A DNA stretch of 64,000 bases from Tubiluchus corallicola (lineage: Eukaryota; Animalia; Priapulida), in the NCBI GenBank assembly GCA_030141605.1, contig JAQGDQ010000072.1:62001-126000 (forward strand), written 5' to 3'. Positions 49,044 to 64,000 of the stretch are shown piece by piece. The notes under the pieces were generated by a model. The model was not told the origin of the DNA. It saw nothing but the letters and a program-made list of their open reading frames with translations, and ran no database searches. Numbering within the stretch: position 1 is the first letter of the stretch; every line of letters starts with the position of its first letter. Position numbers and translations under genes: made by a program.

Positions 49044-49694
49044 ATTTCTGCAAAAAAAGATTTAGAGGATTAAAATCGTTGATAAGTTTTGCCTGCAAAG
49101 CCTGCAGAGAAGAATTATTCCTGACTTTTATGCGGAATTAAATATCTATGAGCGCATTCTCGTCGCGTTACGAGCTGCTTAATGCAATAAAGTCTTATGC
49201 GTGAGAGAATTCCGGCAAAGTAATTACGCCGAGAGAAACAAGCTTTCAGGGCACCTTATCGTTGTTACTTATAGAAGAGCTGCCGAATTTATTATCACGC
49301 TTGCGTCTAATAAAGTAAAAGCTCTACTACAATCCTGATGGAAATTATTGTAATTATCGCATGCATGTATATATCGTTTTGGGCGGATAATTTGGTGATT
49401 ACATCTACCCAGAAGAGATGATAGCACGCAACACCTGTATTAACTCTGGAAGGGGTATTAATTAACATCGAATGACAGAATGTTGTTATTTTTTAACATA
49501 TCCACAATACTTGTGTTCTAATTTTTTCACTTCATTCTAACCTATTAAATAAATAGCTTCTGTTTTCTGTTCTTCAACACCCTTTACGGTTCCGCTAGTT
49601 TATCTACCTAGTGATGCCAATTACTGATCGTGCGTGATTTAATGTTGACTTTTGAAACTCGATTCTCATCTTCTTCTCTAAAGTAAACTTAACA

Positions 49695-49713
49695 TTTATA
49701 AATTTCTGACGCA
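49695..49713 (-). promoter_or_regulatory. Candidate TATA box with adjacent CRE/AP-1-like TGCGTCA
   Basis: Minus strand TGCGTCA (49713-49707) then TATAAA (49700-49695). A possible non-coding exon 1 ends at TAG|GTAGAT (49608/49607). Confidence 0.35.
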
Positions 49714-50079
49714 GCCGGAGATTAGGGATTCTAATTACACATTTATGCGAGCAGTAATTAGACTAGGTAATTAATGGTAACAGGCTTTTAAAAATCTACC
49801 TGCGAATTTGTGTGAAAAAAATCTAAAACGACACAGCTGAGCATTATAATTTCAAAGATTTTTACAGCGATAAATTGCATTTCAACCCAAAAACGTAAAA
49901 TGAAAATCAACAGTTATCGCAATGGTTAAACTCAAAAGTGTCGTATTACTAGTATTTTGTTGGTATACACATTACATAATTTACATTACAATATATATAT
50001 ACGTAGACTAACAGCAAAGTAACAACAAAGTGCAAACATTTACAAAACAAATACACGAAAGAGCCAGTCTCTAGGAATC

Positions 50080-50163
50080 AACATGTTTATTGAGCGTAGA
50101 CGATCGTTTCGTGTATAACAATCGATACAGTCGAAACGATCGTCTACGTCCAATAAACATGTT
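50080..50163. repeat. Long near-perfect hairpin / inverted repeat
   Basis: AACATGTTTATTGAGCGTAGACGATCGTTTCG ... CGAAACGATCGTCTACGTCCAATAAACATGTT. Confidence 0.9.
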
Positions 50164-50719
50164 TTTCAAAACAAAGCCATTACATTATAGTATAGTAGCG
50201 AAAAATAATTTATGATAATTTTAGTAAAAATATGATTAGCATATCATGAAATAGTAATAAATAATCACACACATTAATATTTACGTGTTGGTAGTATTTA
50301 TTTCGGTTTTTAAAACACTTAAAAATGTAATAGGCGACTAATTTTGTTATGTCGCTGTCGCTATTTCTATTGCGAATTTTAGTTTCCGTTATTAACTAAC
50401 CAGTCGTTAAGACGAACAGTAGGAGCGATAAAACAAAAAAAAATGTATTTCGTCTCCGGCTTGTTGGCTGTCAGAATACTGGCAGATTTTGATGTTCAGA
50501 GAGATTTAAGTTGTCGGTGTCGGCCTTTTCTATATGTAGGTTCTATATGTATGCGCACTTATTCGCAGCTTCTGAATGTGATTTTTTTCATTTTTATTGT
50601 TAGTAAAATGTAAATAATTTTCTTGCTTAAATTTTGATTTAAACTTGCAACAAGTGCGTAGTTTATAGGTACGTCATTATTCCTGACTGCTTCGTTTGTT
50701 ACGTTATACCTCCAAAATC

Positions 50720-51960
50720 ATTATCCCTTTTACCTTAAATTTTGGTGTTTTACAGAAACATAACACACTACTAAACTTACTTTTTGGGCATATCGAATGT
50801 ATTTGTCAATTATTGTTTTAAGTGTTAGTATGTGTTCGGACGTTTCGGACGCCTTTTTAAAACCAATTTATATCCTCGTTAATTATGTTTTGACATTGTA
50901 TGTTAGTGCATAAAATTTTCTCACATAGTTTACCTAGGCAGTTGCTAATAGAGATACCCTTGTGATTCGCAGAATCGGTTTGGTCACCTTTTTTGTAAAT
51001 CGGTGTAATCACGTAGTCAGCCAGAGATTTTGGGAATTTCTAAATGAATATAATGAGCTAAAGTAAGCCGTAAGACTGGTGTTAAAATAATATTTCCAGA
51101 TTTTAACATTTCGTTGACTATCTCATTACTTCAAGCAGCTTTGCAGTTCTTTAATGGTCAAATGGCTTCAGATACTTCACTTTCCGAGATGCCATACTCG
51201 AGCTGCGTGAAATTTCATGGTATAGTATTAGCATCGTACTGCTCAATGCTTTTTCGGCGAGTGTCATTTTCGAAGTCACTGTATTTGCGATTTTTACTCG
51301 CTAAATGAGAAAAGTAATTGTAAAACTCATTGGCAGTTATATTAATTTTCGGTTGAGAAGAGTTATTTCAGTTGATCCAGTAGCTCCCAAAATAATTTTT
51401 GATTTTCTGAATTAGTATTTTCCATTAAATTTAACAGTTTATTTCTGTAGCTTTTTTCGTTTGCGTTTGAAGAGGTTGCAGTAAGTTTTACACAATTTGT
51501 GGTGTGGTATGTGTAGTGGAGACAGTAGATGTTGAGTTCTTTAAGAAAGCTCTCGATCCAGTTTGCAGAGTGTTCTGTAATTCGTTCTACACTCCTTGTC
51601 GCCCTACTTTTTATGAGTTAATTTTTAAGGCGAAAAACTCTTTTGAGAGGTAACGACTGCTGCTAGTTATTAAATCAAGATTGACATCAGTATTATTGAT
51701 GCTAGAATTAATAATGTGAGCTATAATATTAGGCTTTTCAAGCAATGAGCTTTGTAAAGGAAATTTAAAATTTTCTTTTTATTCCGGACGCCATTTGAAA
51801 CTTACGGGCGTTTGTAATTGGGGCGTCATATCATCATTATTAATGACAATACTATTATAAGTAGGTTAAATGACATTGACTTGTCGGAAAAGATTGTGAG
51901 GTCACTAGCGCACATAGTCTACTTAATCTACAATATTAGAATAACAAAGCACAAAATCAA
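50720..51960 (-). mobile_element. Decayed APE-type LINE fragment (APE end, linker, RT start)
   Basis: DYV (~51920), ENQKLFWELL, KGDQTDSANHKGISISNCLGKLCEKIL (~50990-50915). Confidence 0.7.
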
Positions 51961-52399
51961 CGACACTTTTTCTTAGATACTTGCAATACGTGTATTTCGT
52001 TAAAACTCCCTATACGTTATACATGAAGCGGAAGGTACTGCAGTTTTACTGTGATTTGCGAAAGTTTCTGGCTGTTGTAGTTTTATGTGTACTAAATAGA
52101 TTAATAACAAATTAGTAACGGATTTTCTTATTAAATATCAGTGAACACTAGTACGGAAAGCCAACCAGTTACTCGGTCTGCAAGTTGGTCCAATTTAGTA
52201 ACAGAAGCTTCGCAGAGAGGACGACTTTGTAAGACTGTTCTCTAATAAGTCCTGTCTCAGTGGACTCGAGAGACATCACATTTTTTATGTAGCGAAACTG
52301 CGAAACTAAAGCCAGAGGTGAAAAAAACTTACCCAGGTTGTCAGTAAACAACAAAAGTATCATAAGCAGTATTAGACAGAGAGAGATGTTGGAGCATCG

Positions 52400-53170
52400 T
52401 AATTGTAAGAGGTTTAATTGAATACACGAACTTACAAGGTAAGCACATAGATGACGAAAAACGTGCTATGATTTTTCAAGACATTCTAGGCATTAATGAT
52501 TCCACCCTTAGATCTGTCAGACTAGGTGAAATGTCCCCTCAGACGAGTATACAGTCTGCAGACAAATATCAACAAATCATGCAATAAACCAGTAAGTTAG
52601 GCAGTAGTGGGGAAGACATAAAGAAAATCTTCATTCAGTGCTACCATAAAGATAGAACAGAAACTCGAAATGTTGTTGTTATTTCTAAAACTAATGTGAC
52701 TATTCTGGCTTTTCGAACTATTGGATGGCGGTCCACGCCGAGTTCTTCTTCTAATTATTTTAACTTGCATTTGTTAGTTTGGAATATTAACGGTCTACGA
52801 GACAAATGTGAAAAAGATAACGTTGTAACTTGTTTTATGTTTTGTCATTGTTTGCTTGTTAGAAACAAAAGCCAGTCATACTGTGTCAGTACCAGGTTTT
52901 AAGTATATTCCTAGCTGTATTTTAAATCAAGGCCGAGTTCAACATGGTGGAGTGAGCATTTTCACGAAACCAGTTCCCTTCCCAAGTGTGAGCTATGCTA
53001 TCTCGATAATTCTATACATGATCAGCTGTGGTTTAGGTTTAGGTTAAAGCTAGGTTTAGCTTTAGGTTAAAGCATTTGCCTAATGTACTGTTTGGTGTTT
53101 GTTACGTACCTTCTGTAGATTCACTATTCTGCCTTAATCAACTTTGCAAATATTCAGTGAAAGTGTAAAA
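52400..53170 (+). mobile_element. LINE ORF1-end/APE fragment
   Basis: LLVWNINGLRDK, LLETK..VPGFKY, HGGVSIF, LFGVCYVP. Confidence 0.7.
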
Positions 53171-53617
53171 GTGAATTATCCCTTGGCAACAGTTGTGTAG
53201 TGTTACCACGGCGAAGTGCTATTTATTTTCACCTCCACCGCCACATTGTGATGGCTCGATCTGTTCATTCGTCAGACTTACTACAACTAATTATCTTTAT
53301 TAATTGGAACGTCCCGTCCCTGGTCTGAAAGCCTAGGTTCAACACCGTCCACATAAGTTTGCTGAAAATTGAAAGCCTGTAAACTACCACAATGTAAAAT
53401 TGCTCAGACGAGTATTTTAAAACCTATTCCGAGAACTCAACTAACGTTTTTTGCCCTTATCTGATTAGTATTGGTCTGAAAAGTGATTTGCATAAAACAG
53501 CAGCTCCTCCGCCTGACACCTTTGAAACTCGTACCCAATGATCTCTTGATCATATATTTTTGATGCTTAAAGATATGACATAATCATATATTGTACTCAG
53601 GGCTGGGTTAGGCTAAT

Positions 53618-54705
<1,088 letters not shown>

Positions 54706-56077
54706 GTTGAATGTTGGTTCTAAAACAGTTCGAAATGCTGTGAGAGGTGAACTAGGTCAATTTCCGTTGTTTATTAGTGCAGTCAAAAATTGCCTGAATT
54801 TGTGGCTATATCTCTTGGAGGCAATAGCCTGACAATAGCCTCGCAAAAGATGCCTATGTTCTTTCTAAATACATTAGCGAAAGTGGTAGACTTTCGTGGG
54901 CTACGTTTATTAAAACTGTTTTAAATCTGTAGATATCATAAGCCGAAAAAGATACGTGTAGAACAACGAATATGTGAAAATTGTTGTTTTGAACAAAGTA
55001 GTGTTGGGATGCTCTTGTGTAACGTGTGGTTCTCTATACACATGTTGTATATCGTATTGTATTGTTTCGTTAATAAAGTTATTGTTTGACTCGTATACAC
55101 ACTTCCTCAACGAGATGAAAAGGGACAGTGGACAACATGTGAGACCCCCGTCAAGACTTCAGGGTCGGCATTGCTAATATTGGGTGGCTGAGCGTGATAT
55201 CTCGACTATTCATCTTGCGTCAACAACACGCGTAACAAGCAGTTTTGTAATAAATTAATTGCTTCTAATTAAACCAGCCCATTTCAAAGCAACACAGACT
55301 ATTTTCAAATGAAGCGAGTTTTATTTTGAATGCTGCGCGTGCGCAGAGAAACACAGACAAGTATAGCGTATTGCACTGCCACAGGGTTTCTGTTAAGCAA
55401 ACAAGATAGCAACAAGTCAGCACATATTTTCTTGCGCTTTGCCTATATTACATTTACATTTCTGCAGCTAAAATAAATATAAAAAAGTGCTGCTTTTCCT
55501 GATTGCTGCAGTCATAAAGACATTTAAATCAACAGGACATATACTGACATAAAGAGTTTAAACTTTGTCACCTAAAAATACTTTGTACTGCAATTTTGAA
55601 TTTAATTTGTAGATTTTTTTATCAACTATGTATTAACTATAATTTTTCTAGAACGTTCAAAGTGATAAATGAATTGATAAAATAATAAACGCCAAATGCT
55701 AAAATACCAAAACTTTAACGCATATTGTAATAAAAAAATCGATGCATGTGGTAATAAATGACCGATAATGTTATAACTAGCAGAGTTAATGTTGCTTGGT
55801 ATAATTTACTTACATCTGTAGTAAAGTAATTTTTATTTTTGGAACATGAAAATGGTGCGCATTGGCTTCTCGACTCATTGGCATCACAACCCTCTTCAAC
55901 GCATTATCACCAAAGCAATTCTTCAGACAGCTCAATTATTCAATTAACCTCTCTGCTCCTTATATTCTATGATGATGTTGTTGCTTATGCTTTTTCTATT
56001 TTTCTCAAACTATGACTGCTAATTCACTGAAGGTTCAAGTACTTAAGCCAAAGTTGTCCAACGTGTAGCCTAATATG

Positions 56078-57100
<1,023 letters not shown>

Positions 57101-57189
57101 TCTCTGTGCGATCGCGGACGGGTCGTGCCTTCGCGGCCACATCCAAACTCCGGAGCATCTTTTATTTTGCTGTGCACATGATAATTAGC

Positions 57190-57332
57190 ATCTCAGAAGA
57201 TCATTAAAATTTCACACATTTATCAGTAAGAACAATGACTATCCTTACTGGATAAAGAAAAAGTTTTGGATAGCGCATTAATAGTAGGTGTCTTCTATAG
57301 TACCGAAACATGGAATACTGACTTGAAAAGCG

Positions 57333-57366
<34 letters not shown>

Positions 57367-58170
57367 AACTCATCAAATCTCTACTGTCTGTTAAACATGC
57401 AACATGCAATGATCTAGTGTTGTTGGAAACCGGCTATCCAACTTTCTCAACATGGGCCAAGTGCAGGCAAATGCGTACGTGGAGGAAGATGACAAACTCT
57501 CCAGAGAAACATCATACACTGTTCGAAGCATATGAAATCGCGAGTCAGTCTAACAGTGACTTAGCAAAATGCTTGAGAAACTTACCAGCGGTCGATGAGA
57601 AAGTGTACTGTGCACAGCAACACAACTTACTAAAGGAAAGAGTTTTGAATAGTAATTCTACCAAACGTATGAATTTAACCGAACTTGAAAAGCCCAAACA
57701 TAGAGAATACTATAGAAAAATACCGCATGACTTTCTCTCGACGAAGGCTACAAGCACATCACTTAAGAATTGAGACCGGTAGATGGGACGGTGAACAGAG
57801 AAACCAAAGACTATGCACATGCGGAGAGATACAAGCAGAAAAACATGTATTAACGAACTGTAACTTTTCTGCACTGTCGAATGTTATGGAGAGCAACCAT
57901 GCATTTGAAATCTGCTCTCAAGTGTTACAAACTTTTCAAAACTAACAGTGGTTTTATTAATGTTTACTAATCGCTTAAAATATCAAACTAAAATGTATAA
58001 CCACTTTTTCAATGGTATAAAGTTAGTATAACTAATTTATTTTATATGCTAATGTGATCCACCTGTGATCTTGAAAAGAATAATGAATGGGCAGTAAATT
58101 TTATTATTTTCTGCTACCCCAGTTTTTGTATTATCATTGTATTTATAGTCAATAAGCTATACTACTACTA
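57190..58170 (+). mobile_element. LINE 3' fragment with C-terminal zinc knuckle
   Basis: LYSTETW, LVLLETGYP, RRRLQAHHLRIETGRW..RLCTCGEIQAEKHVLTNC, and an AATAAG..(ACT)n tail at ~58150-58170. Confidence 0.8.
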
Positions 58171-58522
58171 TGGACAAGGCAAATGGGGATCTTTCGACAG
58201 CAATCATTAACCAGCGTCATAGTGACAATTATATTCTAAAATAGTTTGTAGAATTATGTGATGATATATTTATCAAAAGCCAAATTGCCTCTTTAGTTAC
58301 ACAACGTCACTATTGACTAAAATTTTTAAAGGTGAACTTATTTTTAGGTTGTTACGTACTAGACTAAGAGACAGACTTAACTAGTCGTTGGTAGGCGCTG
58401 AGTGCATAGGTTAAAGGGCCGAGCTGAATCTGTATTTCGGAACAAACATCAGATGCTCCTTGTCCATGCGGGGCGGAACTACAAACACCGATACGTTTAT
58501 TATGTGAATGCCCTCTTACAGA

Positions 58523-61500
58523 TGTTATGACTAGACACGAGTTTAAACGTAAATTAAAAAATCGAGAGCGGCAGTGCATTTATATGGAAAGAGAAGGAAA
58601 TTTGTTATCTGTGTTAACAAATATAGTCCGAGATTCTTTTATATTGGAAACCTAGCACCTAAATAAGCGTAATTATTAAAAATTTGAGTTTTTAGCTCAT
58701 GTAATAAGTTAGTATATGAGATAATGTAGTAATAATGTTAGCGTATGAATAATGATGTCTTGTAGGAAAGTTGTGTATAAATTCACAGTTTGTAAAATTG
58801 TTTTGTAAACTTGTATAACAGATACATATCTGCCCACTGTTGATTTATAGTATCCATTATATTATGTTGACTGTATAATGTATAATGCCCATAAACAGAA
58901 GTAAATAAAATACTTATAATAATAAAAATATCTGTCTCTCTATCTCTCTCACTTATTCTTTCTTGCCTTTACACTTCCTTTAGAGCAAGGAAATTTTAAT
59001 ACTTTTTTGAAAGACATGAACTATTCACACACAACTTTAAAACTGGCCAAGAGGGATACCAACACATGAAGAGTGCGGGCGAACATCCGGGAAAACATGG
59101 GATACACCAACTATGAAACCAGTCAAGAGTAATATTCCTACAACGCGTGCTACTGGACATTATAATGTAAAATCTGAATTACACCTGCAATTTTCTGAGC
59201 AGGAGGATTTAGCAACACAGCATTAACCAGCTTATCGGTGCATAGGTGCTGATATATGAAGGCTGTTAAAGCAAAGTTTAAAAATTTCAAACTCGATTTT
59301 TAATAGAGATAAAAAGAGCTACAAAAAACTTGAGAGCATCGTTTCGTGCTTCTAGCATTCATTGTTAGCGTCCGTAGAGTCTAAACTTTTGTAACTTAGT
59401 AACATTATACTAATCCCGAAGTTGTCAAAAGGATCATGTTGCGAAGTAAGTAAGTAATTTATTGGCTAACAACTATTATTACACTTAGTCAGGGTTAATG
59501 CACTGGAAACAACACATTACGCTAGTCCAAAATTTACTCCACAATATTTATACATTATCAATCGTAAAAGTGCTAAAATGGCTGGGGCGTAACAATATAA
59601 TTAACATATCTTACATTATACTACAAGTGACAGTTATTATTATTTAAGGCACTGACGAATGTAGTTCACAACAGTTTGCCTGAACTAGGGGATGCCACAT
59701 CAATATTAGAGAAACCGCCGTAGCTACCCGACCAAGTCAAATGCAGAAAATATGTTCTTTGTCTTGAACAGGCCTTGGTTTGTTAGTACGGCAGTCGCAA
59801 AACCTCTGTACCTAGGTGTATTTCTCCATCTGCCACTTCTAATAGCCAATTTATGACCTGATATTCTGGCGTTTGTCCAGGAAATTTTCGAGCTCACGAA
59901 ATAGGCGTTGTCCTATTTAAATATATAGGGCGAATAACCAAATCCGGATTCATGTCTGTAACTAACTATTCTACTAAAGGTAGACACTACATTTTTGCAC
60001 TTGTGTTTCCTTCTCCTCAATTACAGGTCTCTTCTCAGTATAATAATGCTATTGATGTACGTATACACAAAGGATGCTGCCGCTTGACATAGTAATATCG
60101 AACAATACCAGTAATCGTGAAAAACAGGAATTGTAAATTAACTATGAAAGCGTTATTAGACCATGCCAGTACAGGATCGTGCATCAACTAGCAGCAGAGT
60201 TAGGAGCAGCAGAGTTAGGACTTCAGGTACAGATTTAGCACATAACGACAGCGTTGTAAATGAGCGAACGGAAGTTTTAGAATCAAGACCTGTAACCTTT
60301 AATCTAGAGAGTGTCAACGGCTCACTGGGTGTAAAATTCAATGCATTAACTACTGAAAGAGTCACCGGAAACTTGCTGCAATAAATTTGAATGAATACAT
60401 GAAAGCTACTGAATTCCCAAACTTGGACGTCACCTCATAGTGAACATGCTGATTAGCAGTGATTACAGGAATTTGCATTATTCACACAGAGATGTTTGAG
60501 GAAAACTAGGGGAGCCCAATAGCAAGATTAAAGTATTGGATAACTAAATGATTGCGGCAGTTATCCTGTGTGTACCGACTTCATTCAAGAGTATTTTTGG
60601 CTGAGGCTAGCGAAATTCGACTGGAGATGCTGTAACAATTTTGTTAAGTTGCCAAGTTATTGTTTCTAGATACTGAAATTTTGAAACATGCAACGCTCTA
60701 GAAAAAGTAGAGAAATCCATGAAAATGACGGATAAACAATGTCAATGTTCTACGTACCATGGAAAGACAATTCAGTTGAGTTGTTTAGTAGACCATGAGC
60801 TATGGGAAGGCACTGAAAAGACTACAAGTACCGAAAACGTCTGCTAAAGAATCCACAAGTATCCGACGAAGGCAGCATGCAGCAGTATGTAGTGAAGAGC
60901 TTCATACTTCAAGTGATTTCATTAGATAATCAGCAATGGTTTTTACCTCATTTTCCAATAGTCAAGCCAAAGAAAGAGACTATGCAAGTATGCATGACGT
61001 TTGATTCGTCATATGGAATCTCGCTGAATGATGTCATAAATCCCAGACCAAAGCTGCAGAGAGACTTATTCGTTATATGATTCCTTCTTCGTTCATTTTA
61101 AAATGCTGCATTTCGGACATTGCAGAAATGTGCATGATGTTTCTTCCACAGTTTGTGCCACAGAGGCGTGCACAGGGTCCAGTATTCAGTATGCTTGCTG
61201 AAACCAGACTCTATTTGATGTATGTGGACGATAGCATGGACTCTGTCATCGACGATGAGGAAGACATAAAGCTGTAGAGCCAGTTATCCAGTCTTTGGGT
61301 TAGAAGCAGACATGTGAGTCGTAAGCGGATATCAAATTCGTATGTAGTGTTAACTAAGGTACCGTAGAAGGAGAGAGCATCAGAAGTCAACTTAGATGAA
61401 GGACTTCTTCCAAGTATAAAGTTGCTTGGAGTACTGTGGCTGTCAAAGGAAGTTGTTTTCGCATTCAAACCGAAATCTATAGACATTGACAACTTCGTAT

Positions 61501-61600
61501 TTACCAAGCGTAATAAACTGAGGAAAATCGCTATAATATTCGATCCACTAGGATTTCTGGCAGCATTTCGCGTTCGAGGTAAAACTCTTATGCAGGACTC
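58523..61600 (+). mobile_element. BEL/Pao LTR retrotransposon relic (putative LTR ~58523-59035; pol 60060-61600)
   Basis: Protease ALLDHASTGS, WFLPHFPIVKPKKET..VCMTFD, SLNDVINPRPKLQRDL, MYVDDSMDSV, LLGVLW, TKRNKLRKIAIIFDPLGFLAAFRVRGKTLMQ. The LTR limits are tentative. Confidence 0.85.
59445..60050 (-). mobile_element. LINE 3' fragment nested in the BEL/Pao element
   Basis: Minus strand LAIRSGRWRNTPR..FCDC..DKEHIF, then an AATAAA(TTAC)n tail at 59445-59463. Confidence 0.7.
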
Positions 61601-62029
61601 TTATCCCTCTTGTATGCTTCACGATGGCTTGAGACGAACAATTTTTTGTAGAGAGGTCAGTGCAATGATGTCAGGTTTTCAGGTATCCCCCTTCTATATC
61701 TCAATGGATTGCCTCTACGAAGCCATTGCATATCGGTAGCTGTCAATATGGTTCATGTAATGGTTCCATGATTCAACAGCAACGTGGGCGTCTGCCACCA
61801 AAGCACTTATTCCACAGAACGGCCAGTACGGAAGAAGCAAGGGAAAATTCTAGCTGATTATTCCTTCAAATTTCTGATTTGTTTTCTCGTTTTTGGAGTC
61901 GCTTTCTAGCAATTGAAACTCTCATCAATCCAGATTTGAACCCTGGACTTTTTGACCGCCTTCGCAACAATATTAACCGGGTGTAGCTAAAATTACAGTT
62001 TTTATCTCCATTTACTGATAATTATATTT

Positions 62030-62185
62030 ATAGTTCGGGTCGGGAACTGCAGTCCGACTCGAACTCCGATCCCGACCACTTGATCCCGAACCCCAGAAAA
62101 CCTGACCTCGCACTCAATTAGTGTCCCGAACATCGATCCCGATCGGCTGAGCCCAAACCGAACCTGGATTCCGTCCCGCATCTCG
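62030..62185. mobile_element. hAT (Ac/Tip100-like) terminal fragment
   Basis: Clustered CCCGA/CCGAA subterminal motifs ending CGCATCTC. Confidence 0.5.
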
Positions 62186-64000
62186 AACACATAAAATAAA
62201 TTGACAAGAAGCTGGTTGATCTTTGACCCCACAGGTCACCTGTCAAAAATTTACACGTTAACATTTCATAGTGAACGAATTCTTAAGTAACCAAGCATTA
62301 CGAATTCAATAAAAGCAAATTTATGACTTTTGGACAATGTGAAGATGTCATTTCAATCCTTGTTAGTTTCTAATATCAGAAACATTGTCAACCGTTTTTG
62401 ATAACTGTTTAAAAATGAATTCTATAAGGACAAAAATGCGTAGATTGCATTTACGCATTACTGCATCTTGTAGGGAATTAATGTTAATGAAAATTCTTAA
62501 ACATTGCCGATGTTACTTGGCTTTGACAATGTCGAATGATTTTGTTTTGTTCTCTGCTGCTTGAAATACTTTTTCGTGAATTTTAGAGGTTTCTTCGCAA
62601 TTAACTTGTCCTTTCGCCGAACATTCTGCAGCTTAGCAGGTGGACTACTAAGTATAACTCTCCTATGATGACCACGGTAGGCTGTCATTTTCACCCTTCC
62701 CGGTAAACTTTAATTAGTTTGTGACTGATGATCGACGGTTCAGACTTTAAGCGATCAGGCAAAGCATAACATTATTGCAAATAGAATCCTGAACTGCAAA
62801 CTTTGTTTGACACTTACAACCAATGGTGGAAAGTTTTCAAAATTTAATAATAACGTTATCTAGCTGAAGTTATACCGGCTACACCTGTGGAATACAAGAT
62901 AGTGATAATTTACAATTCTTTCAGAACAGTGCAAAGCACCACCCACAGGTATTATTAAGCTGGCCATAATTTTATATTTTCATTACGTGGGAAGATCCTC
63001 CCACTTTATGGCAAATATGCGCTTACTTAATGTACATCTACCGTACCTAACTGTCGGAGTTAAAAACTACACGCATTTTAAAACTGTATCTCTTTCACTT
63101 TCATGGAAACAAAGATTTTTTATTCATACAGATTGTAAATAGTTACGCTGAAACAGGAAATTATATGAATCTCTGATGAACAGACGTAAATTTTTCTGAT
63201 GCTGTTAGTACCATGTCCAGTTGACTATCTCAGGTAATATAAGACGAAACAAACTTCGAATAACGAAAACATCATAGGTTCTACTAACATATAAATTTAG
63301 TTAAGAACTCAAATTTTCAATTGCTTCATGCTGTCATCTTCAAACAATAGAATAAGACAAACAACTGCATTTAGAAAACAAAATATAGAATGCATTGTCA
63401 CAATCGAAATTAAATAATTGTAAGGTTCGGCTATCGTGATCATCGTTCAGTATCTATAGTACCAACATAACAAAATTCTTTTCCTTAGATGTAGAACTTG
63501 TATGTTGACGTATCTAATATTAACAGTTATTACGTTAATTCAACATGCCGTCTATAAGCAAGAAGCCATTAAATACACACGTCCTGGTTGACTCTGTCAC
63601 CTGTTCATGACCATATTTGTATTATGCTGTTTACCAACGCATTAGAGGTGGTGAATTGTAGCGTGACAGAGGTGAGTTCTAGTGGTGGGTGGCGAAGGGC
63701 GGAAAATTAATACTAGTATCATATAATGTTGAAAGAAAAATTGATCTGGAAGTGACATTCGTGTACTCGGTTTCTGCGTTGTAAGCTAGGTATGAAGTTG
63801 TACCGGCACCTTTTCAGAAGCAATTAGTAATACTAAATGAAAAGCAAACTGAAGGCTTAATATCAGTTTCCGCCCTTTCACGATCTAATAAATTTGTGAC
63901 AGAGTGGCTATTATGTTGTGGTCCACTAGTATCAATTAGCGAAAATGCAGCAGCAGATTGCATTAGCAACCTATATCTTCACATATATCCAACCTTTACT

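Noticed and set aside
62721-62760. CTGATGA hammerhead core
   Set aside because: No GAAA after the putative stem II.

Overview
This is AT-rich eukaryotic DNA, most likely from an invertebrate animal, and gene-poor. It is dominated by decayed, often nested transposable elements. There is no prokaryotic operon, CRISPR array, rRNA or intact tRNA gene. Non-LTR elements: a near full-length frameshifted RTE/BovB-type LINE (~1.8-5.4 kb, -), a Rex1/Babar fragment, several CR1/L2-group LINEs (the best preserved is PHD+APE+RT at 30.9-34.4 kb), and an RLE-type element. LTR elements: a Gmr1-type Gypsy with integrase before RT (39.4-44.3 kb, -) carrying a 1296-bp solo LTR with a TSD, a BEL/Pao relic, and two small non-coding LTR elements (TRIM/LARD-like). 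DNA elements: an hAT MITE with a perfect 8-bp TSD and Helentron-type non-autonomous elements. The most notable observations are: (1) one miniature LTR element has a tRNA-Ile PBS plus a second U5 box matching the tRNA-Ile anticodon arm with G at the inosine wobble position; (2) the other has a tandemly duplicated U5-PBS; (3) a candidate small secreted-peptide gene at 48.9-49.7 kb (-) has a signal-peptide exon, good splice sites and a TATA/CRE-like promoter. All family assignments come from visual motif recognition and recalled consensus sequences, not database searches, and many boundaries are approximate.
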